DNA of 64,000 nt, taken from IMG/VR virus record IMGVR_UViG_3300007609_000017, positions 1,895 to 65,894 of that record. One strand, given 5' to 3'. The first letter of the stretch is position 1. The number at the start of each line of letters is the position of its first letter. The position numbers were made by a program, and so were the translations under genes. The stretch comes from a virus (taxonomy: Duplodnaviria; Caudoviricetes). Positions 38,770 through 47,724 of this stretch are shown here, piece by piece. Below the pieces are notes generated by a model. It ran no database searches. It saw only the letters and a program-made list of their open reading frames with translations, and was not told the origin of the DNA.

Positions 38770-39350
38770 ACACTGCAAACAAAAACAATCTAAGTAATCA
38801 TATTCCAGAACAATTTTGCACATTATTAAGTAAACATTTTAAAATATTAGAATTTATAAACTTCCTGCAATTTGACCACAACTACGATGTTTTATACGAA
38901 AAATTAAGCAATTTAAAAAAACAAACATTTGATCGAAACGAAAAGATCATAATTGAACATTTTGATACAGATTATTACAAAAAGGATATACTAAAATATG
39001 GTTTAATTTTGTATAACTTTTTTAGTATTGCAAAAACTTTAGACATTCCGCTTAGTGTTTTTGTATTTTTTTCTGGTCATTTTGGCATAAGCAAAGAAAT
39101 AGACAAAATATTAGCCAATCATGACAAGAATGATAGACCGTTAATATTTGAAACATTTATCGAAAAACCAGTATATGATACCAAACCCAATGCATACAAA
39201 GATATTGATATTAATATTAACAAAATTAAATATCAAGGATTATCAATGATGGGTGCACCGCGCAGTCATAGATTTGCATTTTATAACTATTTGGTTAAAA
39301 ATAATTTGCTAGATAAAATTGAAGTCAGTGTTAGAGCACAAGAAAAGTAA
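38766..39350 (+). CDS. Hypothetical protein (possible N-terminal half of a GT-like family protein)
   Basis: AT-rich ORF inserted between gp47 and gp46; ends PRSHRFAFYNYLVKNNLLDKIEVS. Confidence 0.65.
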   Translation: MNTANKNNLSNHIPEQFCTLLSKHFKILEFINFLQFDHNYDVLYEKLSNLKKQTFDRNEKIIIEHFDTDYYKKDILKYGLILYNFFSIAKTLDIPLSVFVFFSGHFGISKEIDKILANHDKNDRPLIFETFIEKPVYDTKPNAYKDIDININKIKYQGLSMMGAPRSHRFAFYNYLVKNNLLDKIEVSVRAQEK

Positions 39351-39898
39351 TGTTATACAAATCTGTCCTTACTATTGATCCTTTCACTAGAGTCAATGAT
39401 AAGTTATCAAGTACAATTGATCAAACGCCAGTGATCCAAAATGTAGTAAGCTCGGTTATTCCGGGCAAGCCCAATGATAAATCTACTCATTATCAAGCGG
39501 AATTTTATAATGAATTTGGAGTTGACATTGTAACAGAAACTGTGTTTGATTATCCATATCCTTTTATTTCAGAAAAAACATTAAGACCCATTTCTAGCAA
39601 AAGACCATTTATTATCATCGGAGCACCTGGCACTTTGAAAATGTTAAAGACAAAAGGTTTTACAACATACAGTAATATCATTGATGAGTCGTACGATGAA
39701 ATCTCAGATCATGAATTAAGATTCTTTGCTGTTTGCGAATCTGTAAAAAAATTCACAAATCGGCCAATTGCTAAAATTAAACAAGATATTAAAAGTATTG
39801 AATCAACTATTGAAGAAAATTTCCAAACATTAAAAAATTTACAAAACTTAGAGCTACAACGACTAGAAAAAATACTGAGAGAATATGTTAAAAATTAA
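39350..39898 (+). CDS. GT-B (GT10-like) C-terminal domain protein
   Basis: DIVTETVF..FISEKTLRPI..RPFIIIG..KGF..IIDESYD motif; TAATG coupling to the previous ORF. Confidence 0.55.
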   Translation: MLYKSVLTIDPFTRVNDKLSSTIDQTPVIQNVVSSVIPGKPNDKSTHYQAEFYNEFGVDIVTETVFDYPYPFISEKTLRPISSKRPFIIIGAPGTLKMLKTKGFTTYSNIIDESYDEISDHELRFFAVCESVKKFTNRPIAKIKQDIKSIESTIEENFQTLKNLQNLELQRLEKILREYVKN

Positions 39899-41654
39899 CA
39901 ATCTTACTGTTAAAAACTTTATGAGTGTTGGCAACCAGACACAGGCTATAGATTTCAATAGAGAAGATCTAACTTTAGTGCTGGGCGAGAATTTAGACAC
40001 TGGCAGCGGCGACACTGGCAGTAGAAACGGCACAGGTAAAACCACTATTATCAATGCACTCAGCTATGGACTTTTTGGCAGTGCTCTAACTAATATTCGC
40101 AAAGACAATTTGATTAATAAAACCAACGGAAAACATATGTTAGTTACCATTGATTTTGAGTGCAGTGGTACTGGCTATCGTATTGAACGAGGCAGAAAGC
40201 CTAATCTGTTGAAACTGTACATTAATGACTGCGAAAAGCAAGCAGAGGACGACAACAGCCAAGGCGACAGCAGAGAAACACAGGCAGAAATTGAGCAAAT
40301 CTTGCAGATGAGCCATGACATGTTCAAACACGTGATTGCTTTGAACACATACACTGAACCGTTTTTAAGCATGCGTTCAAACGATCAAAGAAATATTATT
40401 GAACAATTGTTAGGCATAACACAGCTCAGCGAAAAAGCAGATAGTCTCAAGGAACAAACAAAAGTCACACGCGATCAAATCCAACAGGAAGAATACAGAA
40501 TTAAAAGTGTACTTGATGCAAACAAAAGAATCGAAGAACAGATTGAGAATTTACAACGTAGACAAGCACTATGGCAAAAGAATCATCAAAATAGTATAGA
40601 TGAATTAACAAAAGCAATTCAAGAATTGTCACACGTGGATATTGAAATCGAACTACAATCACACGCAAAACTAGTAGAATACAACGAAGCAGTTGTTAAG
40701 AAATCAACTGCACAACAGTGGATCGACAGCATAAATCGCGACATAACAAAACAAAACAAGCTACTAGAAACACTCAAAAAAGAAATTACTGATTTAGAAT
40801 CGCACACCTGCTATGCATGCGGTCAGCAATTGCATGATAATACACACGAAAAAATTCTAAAGGAAAAACAAGATTTACTGCAAGAAACTGCACTGAATAT
40901 TTTGTCAGCCGAATCACAAAGAGACGAGCACACAAAAATATTAAGCGAAACAGTTGAAATTGACAAACCAGAGGTTTTTTACACAGATGTTAACGATGCC
41001 TACAATCACAGAACAAGTGTAGAACAATTAGCATCAGAGTTAGAAAAAACCATACAACAAACAGATCCTTACTTTGATCAAATCAAAGAAATGAAAACCA
41101 ATGCTATTGAACAAGTAAACTACAATGAATTAAACAGACTGTCCAAGATAAAGGATCATCAAGATTTCCTATACAAGCTGCTCACTAACAAAGATAGTTT
41201 TATACGCAAACGTATCATTGATCAAAACATTAGCTTTTTAAACAGCAGATTAGATATGTACTTGGATAAATTGGGATTGCCGCACAACGTAGAATTTAAA
41301 AATGATCTCAGCGTAGAAATTGCAGAACTAGGCAGACAACTTGATTTTGATAATCTCAGTCGTGGAGAAAGAACTAGATTAATTTTATCGCTAAGTTGGA
41401 GTTTTAGAGATGTTTGGGAACATTTATATCAAAGCATTAACTTGTTGTTTGTTGACGAATTAATGGACAATGGTTTAGATTCCAACGGTACTGATAATGC
41501 GCTCAGTGTGCTCAAACAGATGAGCAGGGAAAGAAACAAAAGTGTATGGCTGGTTTCGCACAAGGAAGACTTGGCTACTAGGGTACACAATATACTGAAA
41601 GTAATAAAAGAAAACGGATTCACATCTTACAATACAGATATCGAAGTAATATGA
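39885..41654 (+). CDS. gp46: Recombination ATPase (Rad50/SbcC-like)
   Basis: KNFMSVGN, Walker A NGTGKTT, coiled coil with CYAC zinc hook, LSRGE signature, Walker B LFVDE, VSH. Confidence 0.94.
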   Translation: MLKINNLTVKNFMSVGNQTQAIDFNREDLTLVLGENLDTGSGDTGSRNGTGKTTIINALSYGLFGSALTNIRKDNLINKTNGKHMLVTIDFECSGTGYRIERGRKPNLLKLYINDCEKQAEDDNSQGDSRETQAEIEQILQMSHDMFKHVIALNTYTEPFLSMRSNDQRNIIEQLLGITQLSEKADSLKEQTKVTRDQIQQEEYRIKSVLDANKRIEEQIENLQRRQALWQKNHQNSIDELTKAIQELSHVDIEIELQSHAKLVEYNEAVVKKSTAQQWIDSINRDITKQNKLLETLKKEITDLESHTCYACGQQLHDNTHEKILKEKQDLLQETALNILSAESQRDEHTKILSETVEIDKPEVFYTDVNDAYNHRTSVEQLASELEKTIQQTDPYFDQIKEMKTNAIEQVNYNELNRLSKIKDHQDFLYKLLTNKDSFIRKRIIDQNISFLNSRLDMYLDKLGLPHNVEFKNDLSVEIAELGRQLDFDNLSRGERTRLILSLSWSFRDVWEHLYQSINLLFVDELMDNGLDSNGTDNALSVLKQMSRERNKSVWLVSHKEDLATRVHNILKVIKENGFTSYNTDIEVI

Positions 41655-42256
41655 ATATTGCAATAACAGGAACATCTAGCGGAATAGGCAAAGAATTGTC
41701 TTATTTGCTAAAACCTAACCATAATATCACCTCACTAAACAGGCAAATATTAAATCTGTCTGATTTGGATCAAGTTATTAATTTTAACTTACAATACTGT
41801 GATATTTTAATCAACTGTGCCGGCACAGACGAAGGGGGCAAGATTGATTTCTGCAATCATAAATTAAACGAAATAAAAAACATAATGCATACTAATTTAA
41901 TTTCTCCTATGATGCTTACACATCACGCATTATCAAAAAATCCTAAATGTAAAATAGTAAACATTACAAGTACTAATAATAAAAGGTATTGGCCTGATGA
42001 TCTAGCTTATAGTTTGACTAAGATAAGTTTGCATAATTTTTCAGAAATGATTCGTATAGAATATCCAAATACTAATATTCTTGAAGTTCAGTTAGGCCTT
42101 ACTAAAACAAATTTTAATCAAAATAGATATAAAAAACACAAAGATAGATATCAAGATATCTACAAAAATAAACACTTGCAAGCAGATTTTGTTGCACAAA
42201 AAATTTGTTCAGTGCTGTTTGATAACAGTATTAAGTTGATAGAGATTTCTCCATGA
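41651..42256 (+). CDS. Short-chain dehydrogenase/reductase (SDR)
   Basis: ITGTSSGIG Rossmann motif, INCAG, VNITS, catalytic YSLTK (YxxxK). Confidence 0.88.
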   Translation: MNIAITGTSSGIGKELSYLLKPNHNITSLNRQILNLSDLDQVINFNLQYCDILINCAGTDEGGKIDFCNHKLNEIKNIMHTNLISPMMLTHHALSKNPKCKIVNITSTNNKRYWPDDLAYSLTKISLHNFSEMIRIEYPNTNILEVQLGLTKTNFNQNRYKKHKDRYQDIYKNKHLQADFVAQKICSVLFDNSIKLIEISP

Positions 42257-43350
42257 CTGATTATTGGCAATTATACCATTGGCATTTTGAAGTAAGTGGC
42301 AAATGTACGTTGAAATGTCCTAGATGTCCACGCAATGATGCTCAACCAGTTCCGTGGATTAACAAAGAACTAGACCTAAAGTTTTTTCAAGACTTGTTTT
42401 CGCCTGATATGCTAAAAAAAGAAGTGAAAAGGATTACTATGTGCGGCGACATTGGTGATCCTATTTATGCTAGTCAATACTTAGAAATTGTCGACTACCT
42501 TAAGACACACAATCATAAACTACATTTGTTTACAATCACCAACGGTAGCTACCGGAAGTCGGACTGGTGGAGAGACTTTGCTAAACTAAGCAACAAATAC
42601 GACACTGTAAACTTTAGTATAGACGGCTTCGACAACTATAGTAACAATCTGTATCGCATCGGCAGTGATTGGGACAGTATTATGCAAGGCATGGATATTA
42701 TGTGTAACGAAAGTAAAGCCTTTGTAAATTGGGCTAGTATTGTTTTCAATTTCAACCAGGATAAACTTGATTACATTAAACAGCTTGCAACTACGAAGGG
42801 ATGCGACGGACTACAACTTACCTATAGTACAAAATTTGGAAGTAAATATAGTGAAGCATATGGTGGCAAAAATGATTCATTAGAACCACGTAGCGAATAT
42901 ATAAGCCCTACGCATCGATATGAAAGATATTTTTATAAATTAAGTGATAGGGATATTGATAATAAAGAATATCTATCATACAATTTACAACAGTTTAAAA
43001 ATGTAAAGAAAAAACATAATTCTTATATTACGCCGATGTGCAGCATAGGTAATAGAGGATTGTATGTTAGTGCCGATGGAGTTTTACATCCTTGTAGTTG
43101 GGTAAGCTATCCTTATGATACCATTGCAACCGATAGAAAATCAATTCGTTTTGTGGATAGTTTTCACCAAGTTTACAGAGATAAACTTAATTTAAAAATC
43201 CGTAGAATAGACGAAGTAATGGGCGACCCAGTGTGGAATTATTTGTTTAACACATTTGACAACGATTCCAAAGCTTGGGTTGAGTGCGAACAGAAATGCA
43301 ATTGTGATCTAGTAAATCAAGAATACGCAGTAGGGTGGTTGACAAATTAA
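42253..43350 (+). CDS. Radical SAM protein with C-terminal twitch/SPASM-like Cys motif
   Basis: CTLKCPRC, CGDIGDP, TNGS, FSIDG, C-terminal PMC..DGVLHPCSW..ECEQKC. Confidence 0.88.
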   Translation: MTDYWQLYHWHFEVSGKCTLKCPRCPRNDAQPVPWINKELDLKFFQDLFSPDMLKKEVKRITMCGDIGDPIYASQYLEIVDYLKTHNHKLHLFTITNGSYRKSDWWRDFAKLSNKYDTVNFSIDGFDNYSNNLYRIGSDWDSIMQGMDIMCNESKAFVNWASIVFNFNQDKLDYIKQLATTKGCDGLQLTYSTKFGSKYSEAYGGKNDSLEPRSEYISPTHRYERYFYKLSDRDIDNKEYLSYNLQQFKNVKKKHNSYITPMCSIGNRGLYVSADGVLHPCSWVSYPYDTIATDRKSIRFVDSFHQVYRDKLNLKIRRIDEVMGDPVWNYLFNTFDNDSKAWVECEQKCNCDLVNQEYAVGWLTN

Positions 43351-43531
43351 CATATTTCAATTTTTGATTATTAGTCAAAAATTAAATCTGAAGTTTATCT
43401 ATTAGCTATATAATATGCACAAACACTAGTAAATCTAAAAAACATGTTTACTATGTTTGAACTAACTTTGTTAAACTTATCACTGTATAATATAACTTAA
43501 ATTAGTCCGATCATTTTTAAGGAGATCCTAA

Positions 43532-43717
43532 ATGACTATACACGAACAAATTGTAGAACAATTTGAAGCATACCTAGAAGAGAACGAAAAGTTTGAAGAA
43601 AAAGGCGTTAAAGCAGCTGCAACACGTGCTCGTAAAGCACTAGGCGAATTAGGCAAACTAGCCAAAACTCGTCGTGCTGAGATTCAAGCTAAGAAAAACG
43701 ACATGGAAGGAAAGTAA
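43532..43717 (+). CDS. Histone H1-like (Hc1 family-like) small DNA-binding protein
   Basis: KFEEKGVKAAATRARKALGELGKLAKTRRAEI resembles the Hc1-family core; strong AAGGAG SD. Confidence 0.7.
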   Translation: MTIHEQIVEQFEAYLEENEKFEEKGVKAAATRARKALGELGKLAKTRRAEIQAKKNDMEGK

Positions 43718-44644
43718 TTGCTTCCTTGTGATATTTTTGAGCTACACATTGAGGCTAGTAATGCATGTAATGCAGATTGCCCAATGTGTCCCAGAAATGT
43801 CAACGGTAAAAAAATTAACCCAGATCTAATAATTAATAGCATTACATTAGACTGGGTTAAAAGCCATATCTCGTTGGAGTTAATTAACAATCTAAAAAAA
43901 GTTACTATTATAGGTAGTCTAGGCGACCCGGCTTCTTGTACTGATCTTATTCCTATTATTAATTACATCAAGCAACACAACAACAATTGTGTAATTGGTT
44001 TAAATTCCAATGGAGGACTTAGATCTGAGCAATGGTGGGCCGATTTAGCGGGTTCATTGAACGGAATTTATGATTATACAGTCTTTTCCATTGATGGGCT
44101 GGAAGATACTAACCACTTGTATAGAAGAAATGTAAATTGGCGAAAGCTTATTGCTAATGTGTCTTCTTATATAAATGCAGGTGGAAAAGCACATTGGGAT
44201 ATGTTAATTTTTGAACACAACAAACATCAAATCGACAATTGTTTATCGTTGGCAAAACAATTAGGATTTACTTGGTTTAGAACCAAGCTAACAGATCGAT
44301 GGGACATGTATGACCCAAATATTATAGGTGTGTTTCCGGCAGAAGAATACCTGTCTATTGATTACAACAACATTACTAATATAATCTGCGAAAAAGAAAG
44401 AGACAACAGTCTATATTTAGACAGCAATAAAAATGTATGGCCTTGTTGTCACTTATCAGAAGCACACGCTTCGAAAAATCACCACGACAAAGATGTAAAA
44501 AAATATTCAGCTGATGAATTATTAACTGTTTATAAAGAGAAACTAGATACAACACCATTTTATACTTGTAAAAGGACCTGTGGGATTTTAAAAAAGACTA
44601 CTGTGAAAAGATCACAATGGAAAAAAGAAATTCAAATAAAATAA
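43718..44644 (+). CDS. Radical SAM protein
   Basis: CNADCPMC, GSLGDP, NSNGG, FSIDG, WPCC; TTG start directly after the previous stop; paralogue of the 42253 gene. Confidence 0.85.
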   Translation: MLPCDIFELHIEASNACNADCPMCPRNVNGKKINPDLIINSITLDWVKSHISLELINNLKKVTIIGSLGDPASCTDLIPIINYIKQHNNNCVIGLNSNGGLRSEQWWADLAGSLNGIYDYTVFSIDGLEDTNHLYRRNVNWRKLIANVSSYINAGGKAHWDMLIFEHNKHQIDNCLSLAKQLGFTWFRTKLTDRWDMYDPNIIGVFPAEEYLSIDYNNITNIICEKERDNSLYLDSNKNVWPCCHLSEAHASKNHHDKDVKKYSADELLTVYKEKLDTTPFYTCKRTCGILKKTTVKRSQWKKEIQIK

Positions 44645-45048
44645 AAGATTATTTGATTGTGAGTGTTTACGAACCGTCTATATCAATGCTTCGCGTTGAA
44701 ATCAATAACCAAGTTGTATCTACTAAAAAGTATAAAAACAATTTTTACTTTAAAGCACAAAATCAAAGCAATGTTAAAATATTTTTTGAACCGTGGAAAA
44801 TAAAGCCTTTAATTAGATTTAATCATCACTTAGTGGACTATAGTTTAGTAAATATAAGTCAATACGATCATATGTTAGAACTTAACGTAAACACTAATTA
44901 CTTAGAACAGTATTTTAAAAAAATAGTCGAGCACAAAAAAGTCTATTTTTTAAGTCAAAAAATGGATATAAACTTAGTTGACAACTTTATTGGTGTGGAT
45001 GTAAACTATACTGATATAGTAAATGATATAAAAAGAAAACTAAAGTGA
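44617..45048 (+). CDS. Hypothetical protein
   Basis: AT-rich 143-aa ORF overlapping both neighbours; start uncertain. Confidence 0.55.
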   Translation: MEKRNSNKIKDYLIVSVYEPSISMLRVEINNQVVSTKKYKNNFYFKAQNQSNVKIFFEPWKIKPLIRFNHHLVDYSLVNISQYDHMLELNVNTNYLEQYFKKIVEHKKVYFLSQKMDINLVDNFIGVDVNYTDIVNDIKRKLK

Positions 45049-46505
45049 AAACTGCATTACTTGTTAATTTGCCTAAAACTGATTACCTTGCTCCTCCGGC
45101 AGCATTAGGTATCCTTTCAGGTGTCTGCAAGGATCAAGGCTGGAATCCTACAATTGTTGACTATAATAAAATATTATACGAATCTTTAAACGAAAATCAA
45201 ATTTTAGAACTTGATAACTGGTTAACTGAAATAATTCCAGAAATAAGTGACGAGTTGTTGTCTATTTTATTAAAGTGTTGGGATGATTATGTTTTATCTC
45301 ATAATGCTGACTTACTTTGTATAAGTGTGTTTAGTTATTGGAGCATTAAGATTGCTGTAGAAATATTTCAATACCAAAAAGACAAGTTACAAAATAATAT
45401 TAAAGTGGTTATTGGCGGTAATGGATGTATTAGTAGAATCCCGGGGACAAGTACAAACTTAGACCAGTTTGCTTTAGATAACAAGCTAGTAAATTATGTT
45501 GTATACGGCGACGGCGAACCAGCTTTTATTAATATCCTTAATGAAAATTTTATTGCTCCTGGTATAAACAACAGAAATAATGTAGAGGAAAAAGATCTAA
45601 ACGATTTTCCTACTCCTGATTATTCTAACTTTGAGTTAGACAGATATCAAGATAAAAAAGTTTACATAACTGGATCCAGAGGATGTGTACGAGTTTGTAC
45701 GTTTTGCGATATACAAAATATTTGGCCAAAATTTAGATATCGTAGTGCTGAAAATATTGTTGAAGAAATTAAAAAACATTACTACGAGCTAGGAATTACT
45801 TTTTTTGACTTTACCGATAGTTTAATCAACGGAAGTATTAGTAATTTTTATAAACTAAATTGTTTACTGGCCGAAAATAAAGAAAAAAATCCAGATTTAA
45901 AACCAATATCTTATATAGGACAAGCAATTGTTCGTCCAAAAAAACATATGCCGGAAAAGCACTACGAAGCCATGTATTATGGTGGTTGCAAGCAACTAAC
46001 TATCGGTATTGAAAGTTTTGCAGAACCAGTAAGAGATCATATGTTAAAATATTTCTCAAACGATGATATTGAATATCATATAAAGCAGTGTAGCTACTGG
46101 GGAATTAATAACATCTGGCTAATGATTACTGGTTATCCAACTGAAACACTTGAAGATCATCATGATAATATAAAAGGCTTGTACAAATATGCAAAATACA
46201 CAAAGCAAGGTGTTATCGAAATGATAAGATGGGGAACTACTATGCATCTTATCGAGGACACTCCGATTATGCATCCGGAAATGATTAAGCAATTAGAAAT
46301 TTACGAATATGATAAATCAAAATCAGAAATTTATTCTGGCACTGGCTGGAACTGGATAAGTAAAAAGAATGCAAATCTTACACTTAAAGAACGTTTGCGT
46401 AGAAGAATAGAACTACACGAACTAAGTGTAGAACTAGGTTATCCGCAACCCCGAGTAAGAGAAGAACTTAAAATCATTAATAGACTAGCAGATAAAATCG
46501 TATAA
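45045..46505 (+). CDS. B12-binding-domain radical SAM protein (class B methyltransferase-like)
   Basis: N-terminal PPAALGILS..VVIGG..VVYGDGE cobalamin-binding-like domain, GSRGCVRVCTFC, GIES, ITGYPTETLED. Confidence 0.85.
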   Translation: MKTALLVNLPKTDYLAPPAALGILSGVCKDQGWNPTIVDYNKILYESLNENQILELDNWLTEIIPEISDELLSILLKCWDDYVLSHNADLLCISVFSYWSIKIAVEIFQYQKDKLQNNIKVVIGGNGCISRIPGTSTNLDQFALDNKLVNYVVYGDGEPAFINILNENFIAPGINNRNNVEEKDLNDFPTPDYSNFELDRYQDKKVYITGSRGCVRVCTFCDIQNIWPKFRYRSAENIVEEIKKHYYELGITFFDFTDSLINGSISNFYKLNCLLAENKEKNPDLKPISYIGQAIVRPKKHMPEKHYEAMYYGGCKQLTIGIESFAEPVRDHMLKYFSNDDIEYHIKQCSYWGINNIWLMITGYPTETLEDHHDNIKGLYKYAKYTKQGVIEMIRWGTTMHLIEDTPIMHPEMIKQLEIYEYDKSKSEIYSGTGWNWISKKNANLTLKERLRRRIELHELSVELGYPQPRVREELKIINRLADKIV

Positions 46506-47011
46506 TGCCAAGTACACAAAAAGCAAAAGGTTCCGGTTGGGAACGTGATGTCGCAAAACATCTTTCAGATATATACAGTGAGACATTTATTCGAGCGCCC
46601 GGTTCCGGAGCATATGTCGGCGGCAGCAATTCCAGTCGTAAAGAAATGCTCCACGAAGGCCAAGTTCGTGCCTTCAAAGGAGACATTGTTCCAGGTGAAA
46701 GCTTTCCTAAATTCAATGCAGAATGCAAATTCTATCAGGACTTTCCGTTCCATCAACTGTGGTCAAGCTACTGTCGTGTACTAGATGAATGGCTGGAACA
46801 ACTGCTAGATGTTGAAGACGACGGTGACTTCAATATCTTAATAATGAAATTTAACCGTAAAGGCAAATACATAGCAGTAGAAGAAAAACATCAACTCAAG
46901 GCATCAACATATCTTACCTACCATAGTCACAATAATCGCATCTGGCGGTTTTATGAGTATGACGACTTTTGGCAACATAATCAGGCACAAGTAAAAGAAC
47001 TCTGTAAATAA
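46505..47011 (+). CDS. Holliday junction resolvase-like PD-(D/E)XK nuclease
   Basis: KAKGSGWERDVAKHL, SGAYVGG, GDIV, AECK. Confidence 0.8.
   Translation: MPSTQKAKGSGWERDVAKHLSDIYSETFIRAPGSGAYVGGSNSSRKEMLHEGQVRAFKGDIVPGESFPKFNAECKFYQDFPFHQLWSSYCRVLDEWLEQLLDVEDDGDFNILIMKFNRKGKYIAVEEKHQLKASTYLTYHSHNNRIWRFYEYDDFWQHNQAQVKELCK
47003..47010 (+). promoter_or_regulatory. Putative late promoter TGTAAATA at the 5' edge of the ncRNA
   Basis: TAAATA core overlapping the resolvase stop codon, the same geometry as at 13804 and 62238. Confidence 0.5.
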
Positions 47012-47015
47012 AACA

Positions 47016-47484
47016 TCAGGCAATATACCAACACTGTTTGGTCGGGGCGGCTCGACCTACTGCGGCATCTGTACCTTTTTAAAAGGACAGTGAAGAGTAG
47101 TAAGTTGGAAGACAAGTGCTAACTTCAGGCATAAATGATGACGGCAATGAGAAAAAGCAACCGTCAGCTCTCACACATTTAGACAAACATGGATGTGTAG
47201 GGCTCCGTTGATATGTGAAGCTGGAACTAGGGGGTACAGGTCAACCGCCTCCGCGAAGTGTATTATAAAGAACGCATCAGTATACTAGATGCTTTGTTTA
47301 TAACACATTTTAAAGTCCTTTGTTTGAAATGGTGGATACGCTCAGCTGAAGCTATTACCGTACTTTGCCCTGTGCGGGTGAAGTATGGCTTCAAAGTCTA
47401 GCTGAAACTACAAGTCGCTTCGCTCTTAGATGCTAAAAATAAATGCGAGCTATAGCGAAGCATTTAGATGTCTATAGACATCTC
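47016..47484 (+). ncRNA. Putative large structured non-coding RNA of unknown class
   Basis: Largest ORF-free gap in the window; at least nine consecutive stems found by eye, several with G-U pairs that only work on the + strand (e.g. 47358-47370/47376-47388). Ends approximate. Confidence 0.7.
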
Positions 47485-47493
47485 TCAGTACTA

Positions 47494-47724
47494 CTAAAAA
47501 AATGGTTGTCCAGTTTTCTTGGTAACATCTAAATTCTCTTTGATCAATTCTGCTACAATTTCTCTTTCTTGTGATCCTAGCTCTAATGCTTGATCATAAC
47601 TCAAACCACCACGCATATACCAACAAAGTTTAAACAATTCTGACTTCAAGGCTTTTGTTTCTTTATCGTAGTCTTCCAACATCTGTACAATGCTAGCATT
47701 ATCTAGAGACAAAAGCCTTAGCCG
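47494..47724 (-). CDS. gp51-like hub/tail assembly chaperone segment, probably expressed as a -1 frameshift extension of gp26
   Basis: -1 frame relative to gp26; LCWYMRGGLSYDQALEL..ERE resembles gp51/GT-type chaperone tails; no SD before the internal ATG at 47682. Confidence 0.65.
   Translation of the reverse strand, partial: RLRLLSLDNASIVQMLEDYDKETKALKSELFKLCWYMRGGLSYDQALELGSQEREIVAELIKENLDVTKKTGQPFF

Noticed and set aside
47012-47493. tRNA, tmRNA, RNase P RNA, or group I/II intron as the identity of the structured region
   Set aside because: No cloverleaf or TTCGA T-loop with CCA; AAAGTCC (~47312-47318) lacks the GAGGAAAGUCC/P4 context; no GUGCG or domain V; no interrupted gene on either side.
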